In this document: positions 1 to 7,935 of the stretch, one piece after another
Layout of the letters: each line of letters begins with the position of its first letter
How positions within the stretch are numbered: the first letter of the stretch is position 1
The notes under the pieces: model-generated
The model's database searches: none
What the model was told of the DNA's origin: nothing
What the model saw: the letters and a program-made list of their open reading frames with translations, nothing else
Position numbers and translations under genes: made by a program
Origin: Candidatus Methylomirabilia bacterium
Lineage (GTDB): Bacteria; Methylomirabilota; Methylomirabilia; Rokubacteriales; CSP1-6
Assembly (NCBI GenBank): GCA_041497895.1
Contig: JBGQHJ010000129.1
Span: 1 to 13,471 of the forward strand
Direction of reading: 5' to 3'
Length of the DNA: 13,471 bases

Positions 1-1
1 C

Positions 2-622
2 AACGCCCAGGAGACGGCCTACATCCTGAACTCGATCTCGGCGTACCGGACCGCGCAGGACAACAAGCTGCCGGTGCTCGAGAACTACTTCTTCGTGCCG
101 GCGCTGAAGGGACCCACCGGGACCCAGCTCGCCTCCGAGCACGTCATGAGCGGCTACGTGGTCTGGAAGTTCTCCAAGAGCCAGGACATCGCCAAGGAGT
201 TCCTGGTGGCCCTGGTGGACGCCTCGCGGGAGTCGATGCTCGCGAGCAAGCTCTACAACTTCCCCTCGTTCTACGGGGCCGCCGCCGATCCCAACACCCC
301 GATGGCCAAGAAGACGGAGTCGGGCGCGGCCTGGATCGCCAAGCAGTGCAACGCCGATCCGTTCGGCTCCCAGCCGGGCGACAAGCTCTCGCTCCTCGCC
401 AAGGCCCTGCCCTGGTCGACCAACCTGGGCTACCCCGGCTTCGCCAATCCGGCGGAGGGCGAGATCTTCGACACCTACGTGGTCACCGACATGTTCGCCA
501 AGGCGGCCACCGGCACCCTGGCGCCCAAGGACGCGGTGACGGAGGCGAGCAATCGCTGCAAGGAGATCTTCACCAAGTGGCGGAAGAAGGGGATGGTCGC
601 CAGCGGGTCCAAGGACCGCTAG
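2..622 (+). CDS. Carbohydrate ABC transporter substrate-binding protein, C-terminal part (5' truncated by the window edge)
   Basis: Frame is open from position 2 (NAQETAYILNSISAYRTAQDNKLPVLENYFF...) to TAG at 620-622. The C-terminus is typical of sugar-binding proteins (GYVVWKFSKSQDIAKEFL...DMFAKAATGTLAPKDAV). Two CUT1-type permeases follow. Confidence 0.85.
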   Translation, partial: NAQETAYILNSISAYRTAQDNKLPVLENYFFVPALKGPTGTQLASEHVMSGYVVWKFSKSQDIAKEFLVALVDASRESMLASKLYNFPSFYGAAADPNTPMAKKTESGAAWIAKQCNADPFGSQPGDKLSLLAKALPWSTNLGYPGFANPAEGEIFDTYVVTDMFAKAATGTLAPKDAVTEASNRCKEIFTKWRKKGMVASGSKDR

Positions 623-643
623 GCCACTCCCGCGCTGATCCGC

Positions 644-685
644 GACCGGGCCGGCGGGGGCTTCCCGCTCCCTGCCGGTCCGGTC
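644..685 (+). other. GC-rich intergenic stem-loop between the binding-protein and permease genes
   Basis: GACCGGGCCGGCGGGGG (644-660) pairs with TCCCTGCCGGTCCGGTC (669-685), giving 17 bp including G-U pairs. There is no U-tract after it. Confidence 0.7.
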
Positions 686-695
686 CGCGAACACC

Positions 696-1631
696 ATGCC
701 GAGCACCGACGTCGCCCTCGCCCGCCCGCGGGCCGCCTCTGTCGAGACCCTGTCGCGCCGGGACCTCCGGCTGGGCAAGCTCCTGCTCGCGCCGGCCCTG
801 GCCTACATCTTCCTGCTGGTCGCGATTCCGTTCCTGCTCGCGGTGTTCCTGAGCCTCACCAATTCCTCCGCGGGCAGCCTCCAGTTCTCGTTCGTGGGGC
901 TGCAGAACTTCCGGGCCGTCGTCGCGAGCCCGGTCTTCCTCCGCGCCCTGCGGAACACCTTCATCTTCACCTTCGCCTCGCAGGTGCTGGTCATCGGGCT
1001 CGGCAACGTCCTGGCCCGGGCGCTCATGAAGCCGTTCCGGGGCAAGCTCCTCGTCCGGTTCCTGATCCTGCTCCCGTGGGCCGCCCCGATCTCGCTCGCG
1101 ACCCTCGGCTGGCTGTGGATCTTCGACTCCACGTTCAGCGTCATCAACTGGCTGCTCAAGGTGGCGGGCTGGCTCGGGCCCGGCCAGTGGTACTACTGGC
1201 TCGGCGACCCGGTGCTGGGGATGATCGCGATCATCACGGTGCACGTGTGGCGGATGCTGCCGTTCTCGACCGTGATCATCCTCGCCGGGCTCACCTCCAT
1301 CCCCAAGGAGGTGCACGAGGCCGCCGACATCGACGGGGCCGGGCCGCTCGCCAAGACCTTCCAGATCACGATCCCGATGATGCTGCCGATCCTGACCGTC
1401 GCGGTGCTCTTCGGGGCGGTATTCACCTTCACCGACATGAGCGTGGTCTACCTGCTCACCCGCGGCGGCCCCTACAACAGCACGCACGTGCTGGCGAGCC
1501 TGGCCTTCCAGGACGGCGTGCTCGGCGGCGACGTGGGGCGCGGCGCGGCGGTCGCCATCTTCCTGGTACCCCTGCTCGTCGTGATGGCGATCGTGATGCT
1601 GCGGATCTCCCGGCGCGCCGAGGTGGTCTAG
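696..1631 (+). CDS. Carbohydrate ABC transporter permease (MalF/UgpA-like)
   Basis: Multiple TM segments, FVGLQNF, EAA motif (IPKEVHEAADIDGAGPLAKTFQITIPMMLP) and LLTRGGP. Confidence 0.93.
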   Translation: MPSTDVALARPRAASVETLSRRDLRLGKLLLAPALAYIFLLVAIPFLLAVFLSLTNSSAGSLQFSFVGLQNFRAVVASPVFLRALRNTFIFTFASQVLVIGLGNVLARALMKPFRGKLLVRFLILLPWAAPISLATLGWLWIFDSTFSVINWLLKVAGWLGPGQWYYWLGDPVLGMIAIITVHVWRMLPFSTVIILAGLTSIPKEVHEAADIDGAGPLAKTFQITIPMMLPILTVAVLFGAVFTFTDMSVVYLLTRGGPYNSTHVLASLAFQDGVLGGDVGRGAAVAIFLVPLLVVMAIVMLRISRRAEVV

Positions 1632-1632
1632 G

Positions 1633-2493
1633 ATGGCGCGCCGCGCCCGCGGGGGGATCCTGGCCACCCTCGGCCACCGCGCCCTGATCCTGGGCTTCAC
1701 CGCGTTCGCGATCTTCCCCTTCTACTGGATGCTGATCACCGCGTTCAAGCAGAACGCCGATCTCTACGTGGGCGCGTCCAACACCGCGCACAACCCGTTC
1801 ATCTTCAATCGACCACCCACCCTCGAGCACCTGCAACTCCTGTTCAACAACACGCTGTATCTCACGTGGCTCTTCAACACCCTGTGGGTGGGTGGGCTGG
1901 TGGTCCTGATCACGCTCGCGCTCGGGGTGCCGGCCGCCTACAGCCTCGCGCGTCTGACCGGTCGCTGGGGAGAGCGGCTATCGATCGGCATCTTCCTCAC
2001 CTACCTGATCCCGTCCACGCTCCTCTTCATCCCCTTCTCGCGCCTGGTGGCGCTGCTCGGCCTGCAGAACCAGCTGTGGGCGCTGGTCCTGATCTACCCC
2101 ACGTTCACGGTGCCGTTCTGCACGTGGCTCCTCATGGGATTCCTCAAGACCCTGCCGAAGGAGGTCGAGGAATCCGCGATGGTGGACGGCTGCAGCCGGC
2201 TCGGGGCGATCACTCGCGTGGTGCTGCCGCTGGCGGTGCCGGGTCTGCTCACGGTGGTCATCTTCGCCCTCACCCTCACGATCCAGGAGTTCGTCTACAG
2301 CCTGACCTTCATCTCGTCGGTGGGGCGCATGACGGTCAGCGTGGGGGTGCCGGTGGCGCTGGTCCGCGGCGACGTCTACTACTGGGGATCGCTGATGGCG
2401 GCGTGCCTGATCACGAGCGTGCCCCTGGCCATCCTGTACAACTTCTTCCTCGATCGGTTCATCGCCGGCTTCACCGTCGGGGCGATCAAGTAG
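1633..2493 (+). CDS. Carbohydrate ABC transporter permease (MalG/UgpE-like)
   Basis: FPFYWMLITAFK, AAYSLAR, EAA motif (LPKEVEESAMVDGCSRLGAITRVVLPLAVPGL), WGSLMAA and C-terminal FIAGFTVGAIK. Starts 1 nt after the upstream stop. Confidence 0.93.
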   Translation: MARRARGGILATLGHRALILGFTAFAIFPFYWMLITAFKQNADLYVGASNTAHNPFIFNRPPTLEHLQLLFNNTLYLTWLFNTLWVGGLVVLITLALGVPAAYSLARLTGRWGERLSIGIFLTYLIPSTLLFIPFSRLVALLGLQNQLWALVLIYPTFTVPFCTWLLMGFLKTLPKEVEESAMVDGCSRLGAITRVVLPLAVPGLLTVVIFALTLTIQEFVYSLTFISSVGRMTVSVGVPVALVRGDVYYWGSLMAACLITSVPLAILYNFFLDRFIAGFTVGAIK

Positions 2494-2514
2494 GGCCTAT
2501 CCCCCGGCAGAACC

Positions 2515-2544
2515 TTGACATCCATGTCGGGGCCTACTTAGAAT
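2515..2544 (+). promoter_or_regulatory. sigma70-type promoter of the mqn operon
   Basis: -35 TTGACA (2515-2520, perfect), 18-nt spacer, -10 TAGAAT (2539-2544, 5/6). SD GGAGG at 2581-2585 precedes ATG 2591. Confidence 0.8.
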
Positions 2545-2566
2545 CCAGACCGACCAGTCGGTCTGG
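2545..2566. promoter_or_regulatory. Palindromic operator candidate overlapping the predicted transcription start
   Basis: CCAGACCGAC-CA-GTCGGTCTGG: perfect 10-bp inverted repeat with a 2-nt spacer, directly abutting the -10 box. Confidence 0.75.
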
Positions 2567-2590
2567 CCCACTCGCACCCTGGAGGGAGAC

Positions 2591-3694
2591 ATGGCCGTCG
2601 CCGCGCCCGCGCCGCCCCGCATCCGCGACTCGCGCCTCACCGGCATCTGGGAGAAGGTCCAGGCCGGCGAGCGGCTCTCCCGCCCGGACGGACTCGTTCT
2701 CTTCGAGACCGACGATCTGCACGCGGTGGGCCGCATGGCGGACTTCGCGAAGACCCGGCTCCACGGCGACCAGGTCTTCTTCGTGCTCAACCGCTACATC
2801 AACCCGACCAACGTATGTGTGCTCTCATGCAGCTTTTGTGACTTCGCCAGGAAGAAGGGCGAGGAAGGCGCGTTCGAGAACACGATCGAGGACGTACTCG
2901 CCATGATCAAGCCCGGCACGCGTGAGGCTCACATCGTGGGCGGGCACCATCCCGACTGGCCGTTCGAGTACTTCGAGCGCCTGATCGAGTCCATCCACAA
3001 CGCGCGGCCCGAGACGCAGATCAAGGCGTTCACCGCGGCCGAGATCGACTACTTCTGGCGCCGGTGGAAGATCGAGCCCCGCGAGGCGCTGACCCGGCTC
3101 AAGAAGGCCGGACTCCACTCCATGCCGGGGGGCGGCGCCGAGATCTTCTCAAGGCGGCTGCAGAAGCTCCTCCACTTCACCGGCAAGGCGGACGCGGACC
3201 GGTGGTGCGAGATCCACGGGATCGCCCACTCGCTCGGTCTCAAGACCAACGCCACCATGCTCTACGGTCACGTCGAGACCATGGAGGAGCGGGTCGATCA
3301 CCTGCTCAAGCTCCGGGAGCAGCAGGACCGTTCCGGGGGCTTCATCACCTTCATCCCGCTGTCGTATCAGACCGGCACCACCAAGCTCGTGCCCCGGCAG
3401 ACGGCCCCGACCGACGACCTGCGGACCATCGCGGCCTCCCGCCTGCTCCTCGACAACTTCCCGCACATCGAGGCGTACTGGGTGATGATCGGCGAGGCGA
3501 CCGCGTCGCTCGCGCTGCACTTCGGGGCCTCCGACGTCAACGGCACGCTCGAGGACGAGAAGATCGCGCACATGGCCCAGGCCGCGAGCCCGGCCGGGCT
3601 CGCCACCGAGCAGATCCTCCGGATCGTCCGCGACGCGGGCAAGATCCCGGTGGAGCGCGACGCGCTCTACAACGTGGTCAAGGTCTGGAGCTGA
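2591..3694 (+). CDS. mqnE: Aminofutalosine synthase MqnE (radical SAM, CofH/MqnE family)
   Basis: INPTNVCVLSCSFC (CxxxCxxC), HIVGGHHPD, IKAFTAAEI, SMPGGGAE, NATMLYGHVET, AYWVM, EKIAHMA and PVERDALYN. Adjacent to mqnA and mqnC. Confidence 0.9.
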   Translation: MAVAAPAPPRIRDSRLTGIWEKVQAGERLSRPDGLVLFETDDLHAVGRMADFAKTRLHGDQVFFVLNRYINPTNVCVLSCSFCDFARKKGEEGAFENTIEDVLAMIKPGTREAHIVGGHHPDWPFEYFERLIESIHNARPETQIKAFTAAEIDYFWRRWKIEPREALTRLKKAGLHSMPGGGAEIFSRRLQKLLHFTGKADADRWCEIHGIAHSLGLKTNATMLYGHVETMEERVDHLLKLREQQDRSGGFITFIPLSYQTGTTKLVPRQTAPTDDLRTIAASRLLLDNFPHIEAYWVMIGEATASLALHFGASDVNGTLEDEKIAHMAQAASPAGLATEQILRIVRDAGKIPVERDALYNVVKVWS

Positions 3695-3695
3695 C

Positions 3696-4442
3696 ATGCT
3701 GCGGGTCGGCCGCATCCCCTATCTCAACTGCGAGCCGTTCTTCCACCGGCTGGAGGGCGCGGAGCTGGTCGACCTGATCCCGCGCCGGCTGGGGGTGGCC
3801 ATGGCCTCGGGCGAGCTCGACGCGGGTCCTCTCTCGCTGATGGACTATGTGCGGCTCGAGACCCGACTGGTGCCCCTGCCCTACGGGATCGGCTGCCCCA
3901 CGGGCGCGCGGAGCGTCCTGGTCTTCTCCGACCGGCCACTCTCCGCGCTGACCGGGGCGCGGGTCGGCATCACCGGGGAGACCTCGACGTCGGTGGAGCT
4001 GCTCCGGGTGCTGCTGGCTCTCCGCTACGGGGCCGAGCCGGCGGCCTGGGTGGGGGCCGAGGAGGCCTGCGACGCGGTGCTGCTGATCGGGGACCAGGCG
4101 ATACAGCGGCTCACCCGCGGACCCCGGGCCCGGCACGTGGCGGACCTCGGCCTCGAGTGGCGCGACTGGACCGGGCTGCCCTTCGTCTTCGCCCGCTGGG
4201 CGGTGGCGGCGCGCGTGTCCGCCCCGGAGCGCCGGGCGTTCGAGACCGCGCTCGACGCCGCGCTCGACCGGGGGATGGAGGCTCTGCCCGGGATCGCGGC
4301 CGCGCATCGCGACCTCGGGTGGAGCCCGGTCGAGATCGCCTCGTATCTGCGCAACTTCAGCTTCCGGCTGGGCCCCGACGAGGAGAAGGGCGCCGCCGAG
4401 TTCCTCCGGCTGCGGAGCCAGCTCGGGGCCGGCTCGTGCTGA
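3696..4442 (+). CDS. mqnA: Chorismate dehydratase MqnA
   Basis: RVGRIPYLNCEP, SVLVF, TSTSVELLRVLL, LLIGDQA and DLGLEWRDWTGLPFVFARW are typical MqnA motifs. Starts 1 nt after the mqnE stop. Confidence 0.92.
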   Translation: MLRVGRIPYLNCEPFFHRLEGAELVDLIPRRLGVAMASGELDAGPLSLMDYVRLETRLVPLPYGIGCPTGARSVLVFSDRPLSALTGARVGITGETSTSVELLRVLLALRYGAEPAAWVGAEEACDAVLLIGDQAIQRLTRGPRARHVADLGLEWRDWTGLPFVFARWAVAARVSAPERRAFETALDAALDRGMEALPGIAAAHRDLGWSPVEIASYLRNFSFRLGPDEEKGAAEFLRLRSQLGAGSC

Positions 4443-5509
4443 ACCGCATCCAGGAGAAGGTCGCGGCGGGCCGGCGGCTCGATCGGACCGACGGGCACTG
4501 GCTCCTCACCGAGGCGCCGCTGCTCGACCTGGGCAGCCTGGCCCAGGAGGTCCGCTTCCGCCGCATCCCGGAGCGGCGGGTGACCTTCGTCATCGACACG
4601 AACCCGAACTACACCAACGTCTGCATCACCGACTGCCAGTTCTGCGCCTTCTATCGCCGGCCCGGGGACAAGGAGGCCTACACCCTCACGGTGGACGAGG
4701 TGATGGAGAAGGTGGCCTTCGCGGCCCGCGAGGGCGCGACCACGGTGCTGCTGCAGGGCGGACACAACCCGGCCCTGCCGCTTCCGTACTACCTGGACCT
4801 GGTGCGCGAGACCCGGCGGCGGTTTCCCTCGGTCACCCCGCACTTCTTCAGCGCCTCGGAGATCCGCACCATGTCCGACGTGGCGGGCAAGCCGGTGCCG
4901 GAGGTGCTGGCCCTGCTCCGGCAGGCCGGGCAGACGAGCATCCCGGGCGGCGGGGCGGAGGTGCTGTCCGAGCGGGTGCGCCGCCGCATCGAGCCCAAGA
5001 AGGGCGGCCCGGCCGCGTGGCTCGACGTGCACCGCGAGGCGCACCGGCAGGGCTTCAAGTCGACCGCGACCATGATGTACGGCCACGTGGAGCAGCCCGA
5101 GGACATCCTCGATCACCTGGACGCGATCCGCGAGCTCCAGGAGGAGCACGGAGGCTTCACCGCCTTCGTGCCGTGGTCGTTCAAGCCCGGCAACACGCTG
5201 CTCGAGAAGTGGATCAAGCACTACAAGGGCCCGAACGCCTACCTGCGGATGCTCGCGGTGGCGCGCCTGTACCTGGACAACTTCCCCCACGTCCAGGCCT
5301 CGTGGTTCTCGGAGGGCAAGCGGGCCGGGCAGGTCGCGCTGTCCTGGGGTGCCGACGACTTCGGCGGCACCCTCTTCGAGGAGAACGTCCACGCGGCGGC
5401 CGATTTCGTGAACAAGACCTCGGTGGACGAGATCGTGACGCTGATCCGCGACGCGGGCTTCACCCCCGCGCAGCGCACCACCGACTACGAGATCGTCAAG
5501 ACGTATTGA
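4436..5509 (+). CDS. mqnC: Cyclic dehypoxanthinyl futalosine synthase MqnC (radical SAM)
   Basis: VTFVIDTNPNYTNVCITDCQFCAFYR, LLQGGHNP, SIPGGGAE, STATMMYGHVE, FTAFVPWSF, ARLYLDNFPHVQASW, GADDFGGTLFEENV and GFTPAQR. The probable start is GTG 4436, overlapping the mqnA stop (GTGCTGA), rather than the ORF-track 4157. Confidence 0.92.
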   Translation: MLNRIQEKVAAGRRLDRTDGHWLLTEAPLLDLGSLAQEVRFRRIPERRVTFVIDTNPNYTNVCITDCQFCAFYRRPGDKEAYTLTVDEVMEKVAFAAREGATTVLLQGGHNPALPLPYYLDLVRETRRRFPSVTPHFFSASEIRTMSDVAGKPVPEVLALLRQAGQTSIPGGGAEVLSERVRRRIEPKKGGPAAWLDVHREAHRQGFKSTATMMYGHVEQPEDILDHLDAIRELQEEHGGFTAFVPWSFKPGNTLLEKWIKHYKGPNAYLRMLAVARLYLDNFPHVQASWFSEGKRAGQVALSWGADDFGGTLFEENVHAAADFVNKTSVDEIVTLIRDAGFTPAQRTTDYEIVKTY

Positions 5510-5515
5510 GCCCCC

Positions 5516-6691
5516 GTGATGCGTGACGACTTCCTCGTCTTCGGGCGGCCGCCGATCGAGGAGCCCGAGATCGCGGAGGTGGTGGACACCCTCCGCTCCG
5601 GCTGGATCGGGACCGGCCCGCGGGTGGCCCGTTTCGAGGAGATGTTCAAGCGCTACATCGGCTGCGAGCACGCGGTCGCGGTCAACTCGTGTACCGCGGC
5701 GCTGCACCTCTCGATGGTGGTGTCGGGGGTGAAGCGGGGCGACGAGGTCATCACGAGTCCGATGACCTTCTGCGCCACCGCCAACGCGGTCGTGCACACC
5801 GGGGCCCGCCCGGTCTTCGCCGACGTCGAGCGGGACACCGGCAACCTCGATCCGGCCCGCGTGGAGGCCGCGATCACCCCCCGGACGCGCGCCATCGTGC
5901 CGGTGCACTACGCGGGGCGGCCGTGCCGCATGGACCGGCTCGAGGCCCTCGCCCGTCGCCACGGGCTGCTGCTCATCGAGGACGCGGCCCACGCCATCGA
6001 GAGCGCGTACCACGGGCGGAAGATCGGCACCATCGGGGACCTCACCTGCTTCAGCTTCTACGTGACGAAGAACCTGGTGACCGCCGAGGGCGGGATGGTC
6101 ACGACCTCCGATCCGGAGCTCGCGGCCCGGATCAAGATGTACGCGCTGCACGGCATGAGCCGGGACGCCTGGAAGCGGTTCTCCGACGAGGGCTACAAGC
6201 ACTACCAGGTGATGGTGCCCGGCTTCAAGTACAACATGACCGATCTGCAGGCGGCCCTCGGCATCCACCAGCTCGGTCGCCTCCAGGCGAACGCGGTCCG
6301 GCGCGAGGCGATCTGGGCCCGCTACGACGAGGCGTTCGCGTCGCTGCCGGTCGAGCGTCCGGCGCCGTTGGAGCCCCACACCGTGCACGGTCGCCACCTC
6401 TATACCATCCTGGTGGACCCGGAGCGGACGGCCATGAGCCGCGACCGCGCGCTCGACGAGCTCGTGCGACTCCACATCGGCACCGGGGTGCACTACACCG
6501 CGCTCCACCTGCACCCGTACTACCGGGAGACGTTCGGGCACAAGCCCGGCGATTTTCCGAACGCGGAGCACATCGGCGACCGCACCCTGTCGCTACCGCT
6601 CTCGCCGAAGCTCAGCGACCGGGACGTGGAGGACGTCATCGCGGCGGTGCGCCAGGTGGTCACCGGCCGGGATGAGGCGGGGCGCCGGTGA
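5516..6691 (+). CDS. DegT/DnrJ/EryC1/StrS family PLP-dependent NDP-sugar aminotransferase (ArnB/SpsC-like)
   Basis: LRSGWIGTGP, VNSCTAALHL, IEDAAHA, FSFYVTKNLVTAEGGM (PLP lysine), GFKYNMTDLQAALG and LSLPL. Start is GTG 5516 or ATG 5519. Confidence 0.93.
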   Translation: MMRDDFLVFGRPPIEEPEIAEVVDTLRSGWIGTGPRVARFEEMFKRYIGCEHAVAVNSCTAALHLSMVVSGVKRGDEVITSPMTFCATANAVVHTGARPVFADVERDTGNLDPARVEAAITPRTRAIVPVHYAGRPCRMDRLEALARRHGLLLIEDAAHAIESAYHGRKIGTIGDLTCFSFYVTKNLVTAEGGMVTTSDPELAARIKMYALHGMSRDAWKRFSDEGYKHYQVMVPGFKYNMTDLQAALGIHQLGRLQANAVRREAIWARYDEAFASLPVERPAPLEPHTVHGRHLYTILVDPERTAMSRDRALDELVRLHIGTGVHYTALHLHPYYRETFGHKPGDFPNAEHIGDRTLSLPLSPKLSDRDVEDVIAAVRQVVTGRDEAGRR

Positions 6692-7935
6692 TCCGTCGCG
6701 CCGTCGCGACGCCCGATTTCGCGCTGCCGGTCGTCGCCCACTCCTGCACGCCCTACCTCTTCGCGACCGGGAGCTGGATCTACTCGCAGCTCGTGCACCT
6801 GAGCCGGCACGAGGCCATCGTGCTGACCGACCGGACCGAGAACCTCGACGTCTTCCCGTTCCGGGAGGTCTACGCCTACAACGAGATCCACCCGCTGCGG
6901 CAGGCCTTCTTCCGGCTCAAGCGCGGGCGGGTGGCCGGAGGCCGCGACTCGTTCTTCGAGTCGGTCATGAAGCGGCGTGGAGCTCGGGTGATCCACAGCC
7001 ACTTCGGCTACGTGGGCTGGCGGATGCTCGAGGCCAAGCGCCGGCTGGGGCTGCCGATGGCGACGTCCTTCTACGGAGCGGACGCCTCGCGGCTGCCCCG
7101 CGACCCGCTGTGGCGCTCCCGCTACGAGCGGCTGTTCGCCCACGGCGAGCTCTTCCTCGCCGAGGGCGAGGCGATGCGTCGGACACTCACCGAGCTCGGA
7201 TGCCCGCGGGAGCGGATCTCGGTCCAGCACCTGGGCGTCGCGCTGGACGACCTGCCCTTCGTCGCGCGGCGCCCGGACGCGTCTGGTGTGCTCCGGGTGC
7301 TCGTCGCGGCGACGTTCCGGGAGAAGAAGGGGATTCCCGACGCCCTCCGGGCCGTCGAGCAGCTCCGGCCGCATCACCGACGGCTACAGGTCACCCTGGT
7401 CGGCGACAGCATGGGGACCGCGGCGGACGAAGAGGAGAAGCGCACGATCCTCGACCTGGTCGGCCGCCTCGAGGGCGTGGTCCGATGGGTCGGCTTCCAG
7501 CCGTACCCGGCGTTCCGGCGCGCGCTGCTCGACCACCACGTCTTCCTGAGCCCGAGCTGCACCGCTCGCGACGGGGACACCGAGGGGGGCGCCCCGGTCA
7601 CCCTCATCGAGGCCCAGGCCACCGGGATGCCCGTCGTCTCGACCCGTCACTGCGACATCCCGGAGGTCGTGGTCGACGGGAGAACGGGGCACCTGAGCGC
7701 GGAGCGGGACGTGAAGGCGCTGGCCGCCAACCTGGAGCGCCTGATCGCCGCCCCGATTTCCGTCTGGGAGGCGATGGGCGCCGCCGCGCGGGCCCACATC
7801 GAGAAGCACTACAACGTCCGCACCCAGGTCGCCCGCCTGGAAGACCTGTACGAGCATCTCGCGGGGGCCGTCGGTCAGATCGGATCGACGGGCGGAACCG
7901 CCTGGATCAGCTTCTTCGCATGGGCCATCTCGTAG
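6688..7935 (+). CDS. GT4 family (GT-B) glycosyltransferase, WcaL-like
   Basis: IHSHFG, TSFYGADAS, FREKKG and PSCTARDGDTEGGAPVTLIEAQATGMPVVSTRHCDIPEVV. GTGA overlap with the aminotransferase stop. The 3' end overlaps mqnD on the opposite strand. Confidence 0.9.
   Translation: MIRRAVATPDFALPVVAHSCTPYLFATGSWIYSQLVHLSRHEAIVLTDRTENLDVFPFREVYAYNEIHPLRQAFFRLKRGRVAGGRDSFFESVMKRRGARVIHSHFGYVGWRMLEAKRRLGLPMATSFYGADASRLPRDPLWRSRYERLFAHGELFLAEGEAMRRTLTELGCPRERISVQHLGVALDDLPFVARRPDASGVLRVLVAATFREKKGIPDALRAVEQLRPHHRRLQVTLVGDSMGTAADEEEKRTILDLVGRLEGVVRWVGFQPYPAFRRALLDHHVFLSPSCTARDGDTEGGAPVTLIEAQATGMPVVSTRHCDIPEVVVDGRTGHLSAERDVKALAANLERLIAAPISVWEAMGAAARAHIEKHYNVRTQVARLEDLYEHLAGAVGQIGSTGGTAWISFFAWAIS

Noticed and set aside
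1..2493. ABC transporter lacking an ATPase gene
   Set aside because: The operon is truncated by the window. The ATPase may be upstream or shared, which is common for CUT1 systems.
4157..4435. N-terminal extension of mqnC in the ORF track
   Set aside because: Lies inside mqnA and is low-complexity. MqnC-like sequence begins at GTG 4436.
4025..6571. 848-aa minus-strand ORF
   Set aside because: Antisense shadow of mqnA/mqnC/degT caused by high-GC codon bias; no recognisable motifs.
6825..6840. GACCGACCGGACCGAG, partial resemblance to the mqn operator half-site
   Set aside because: Inside the GT4 coding sequence (LTDRTE) and not palindromic.
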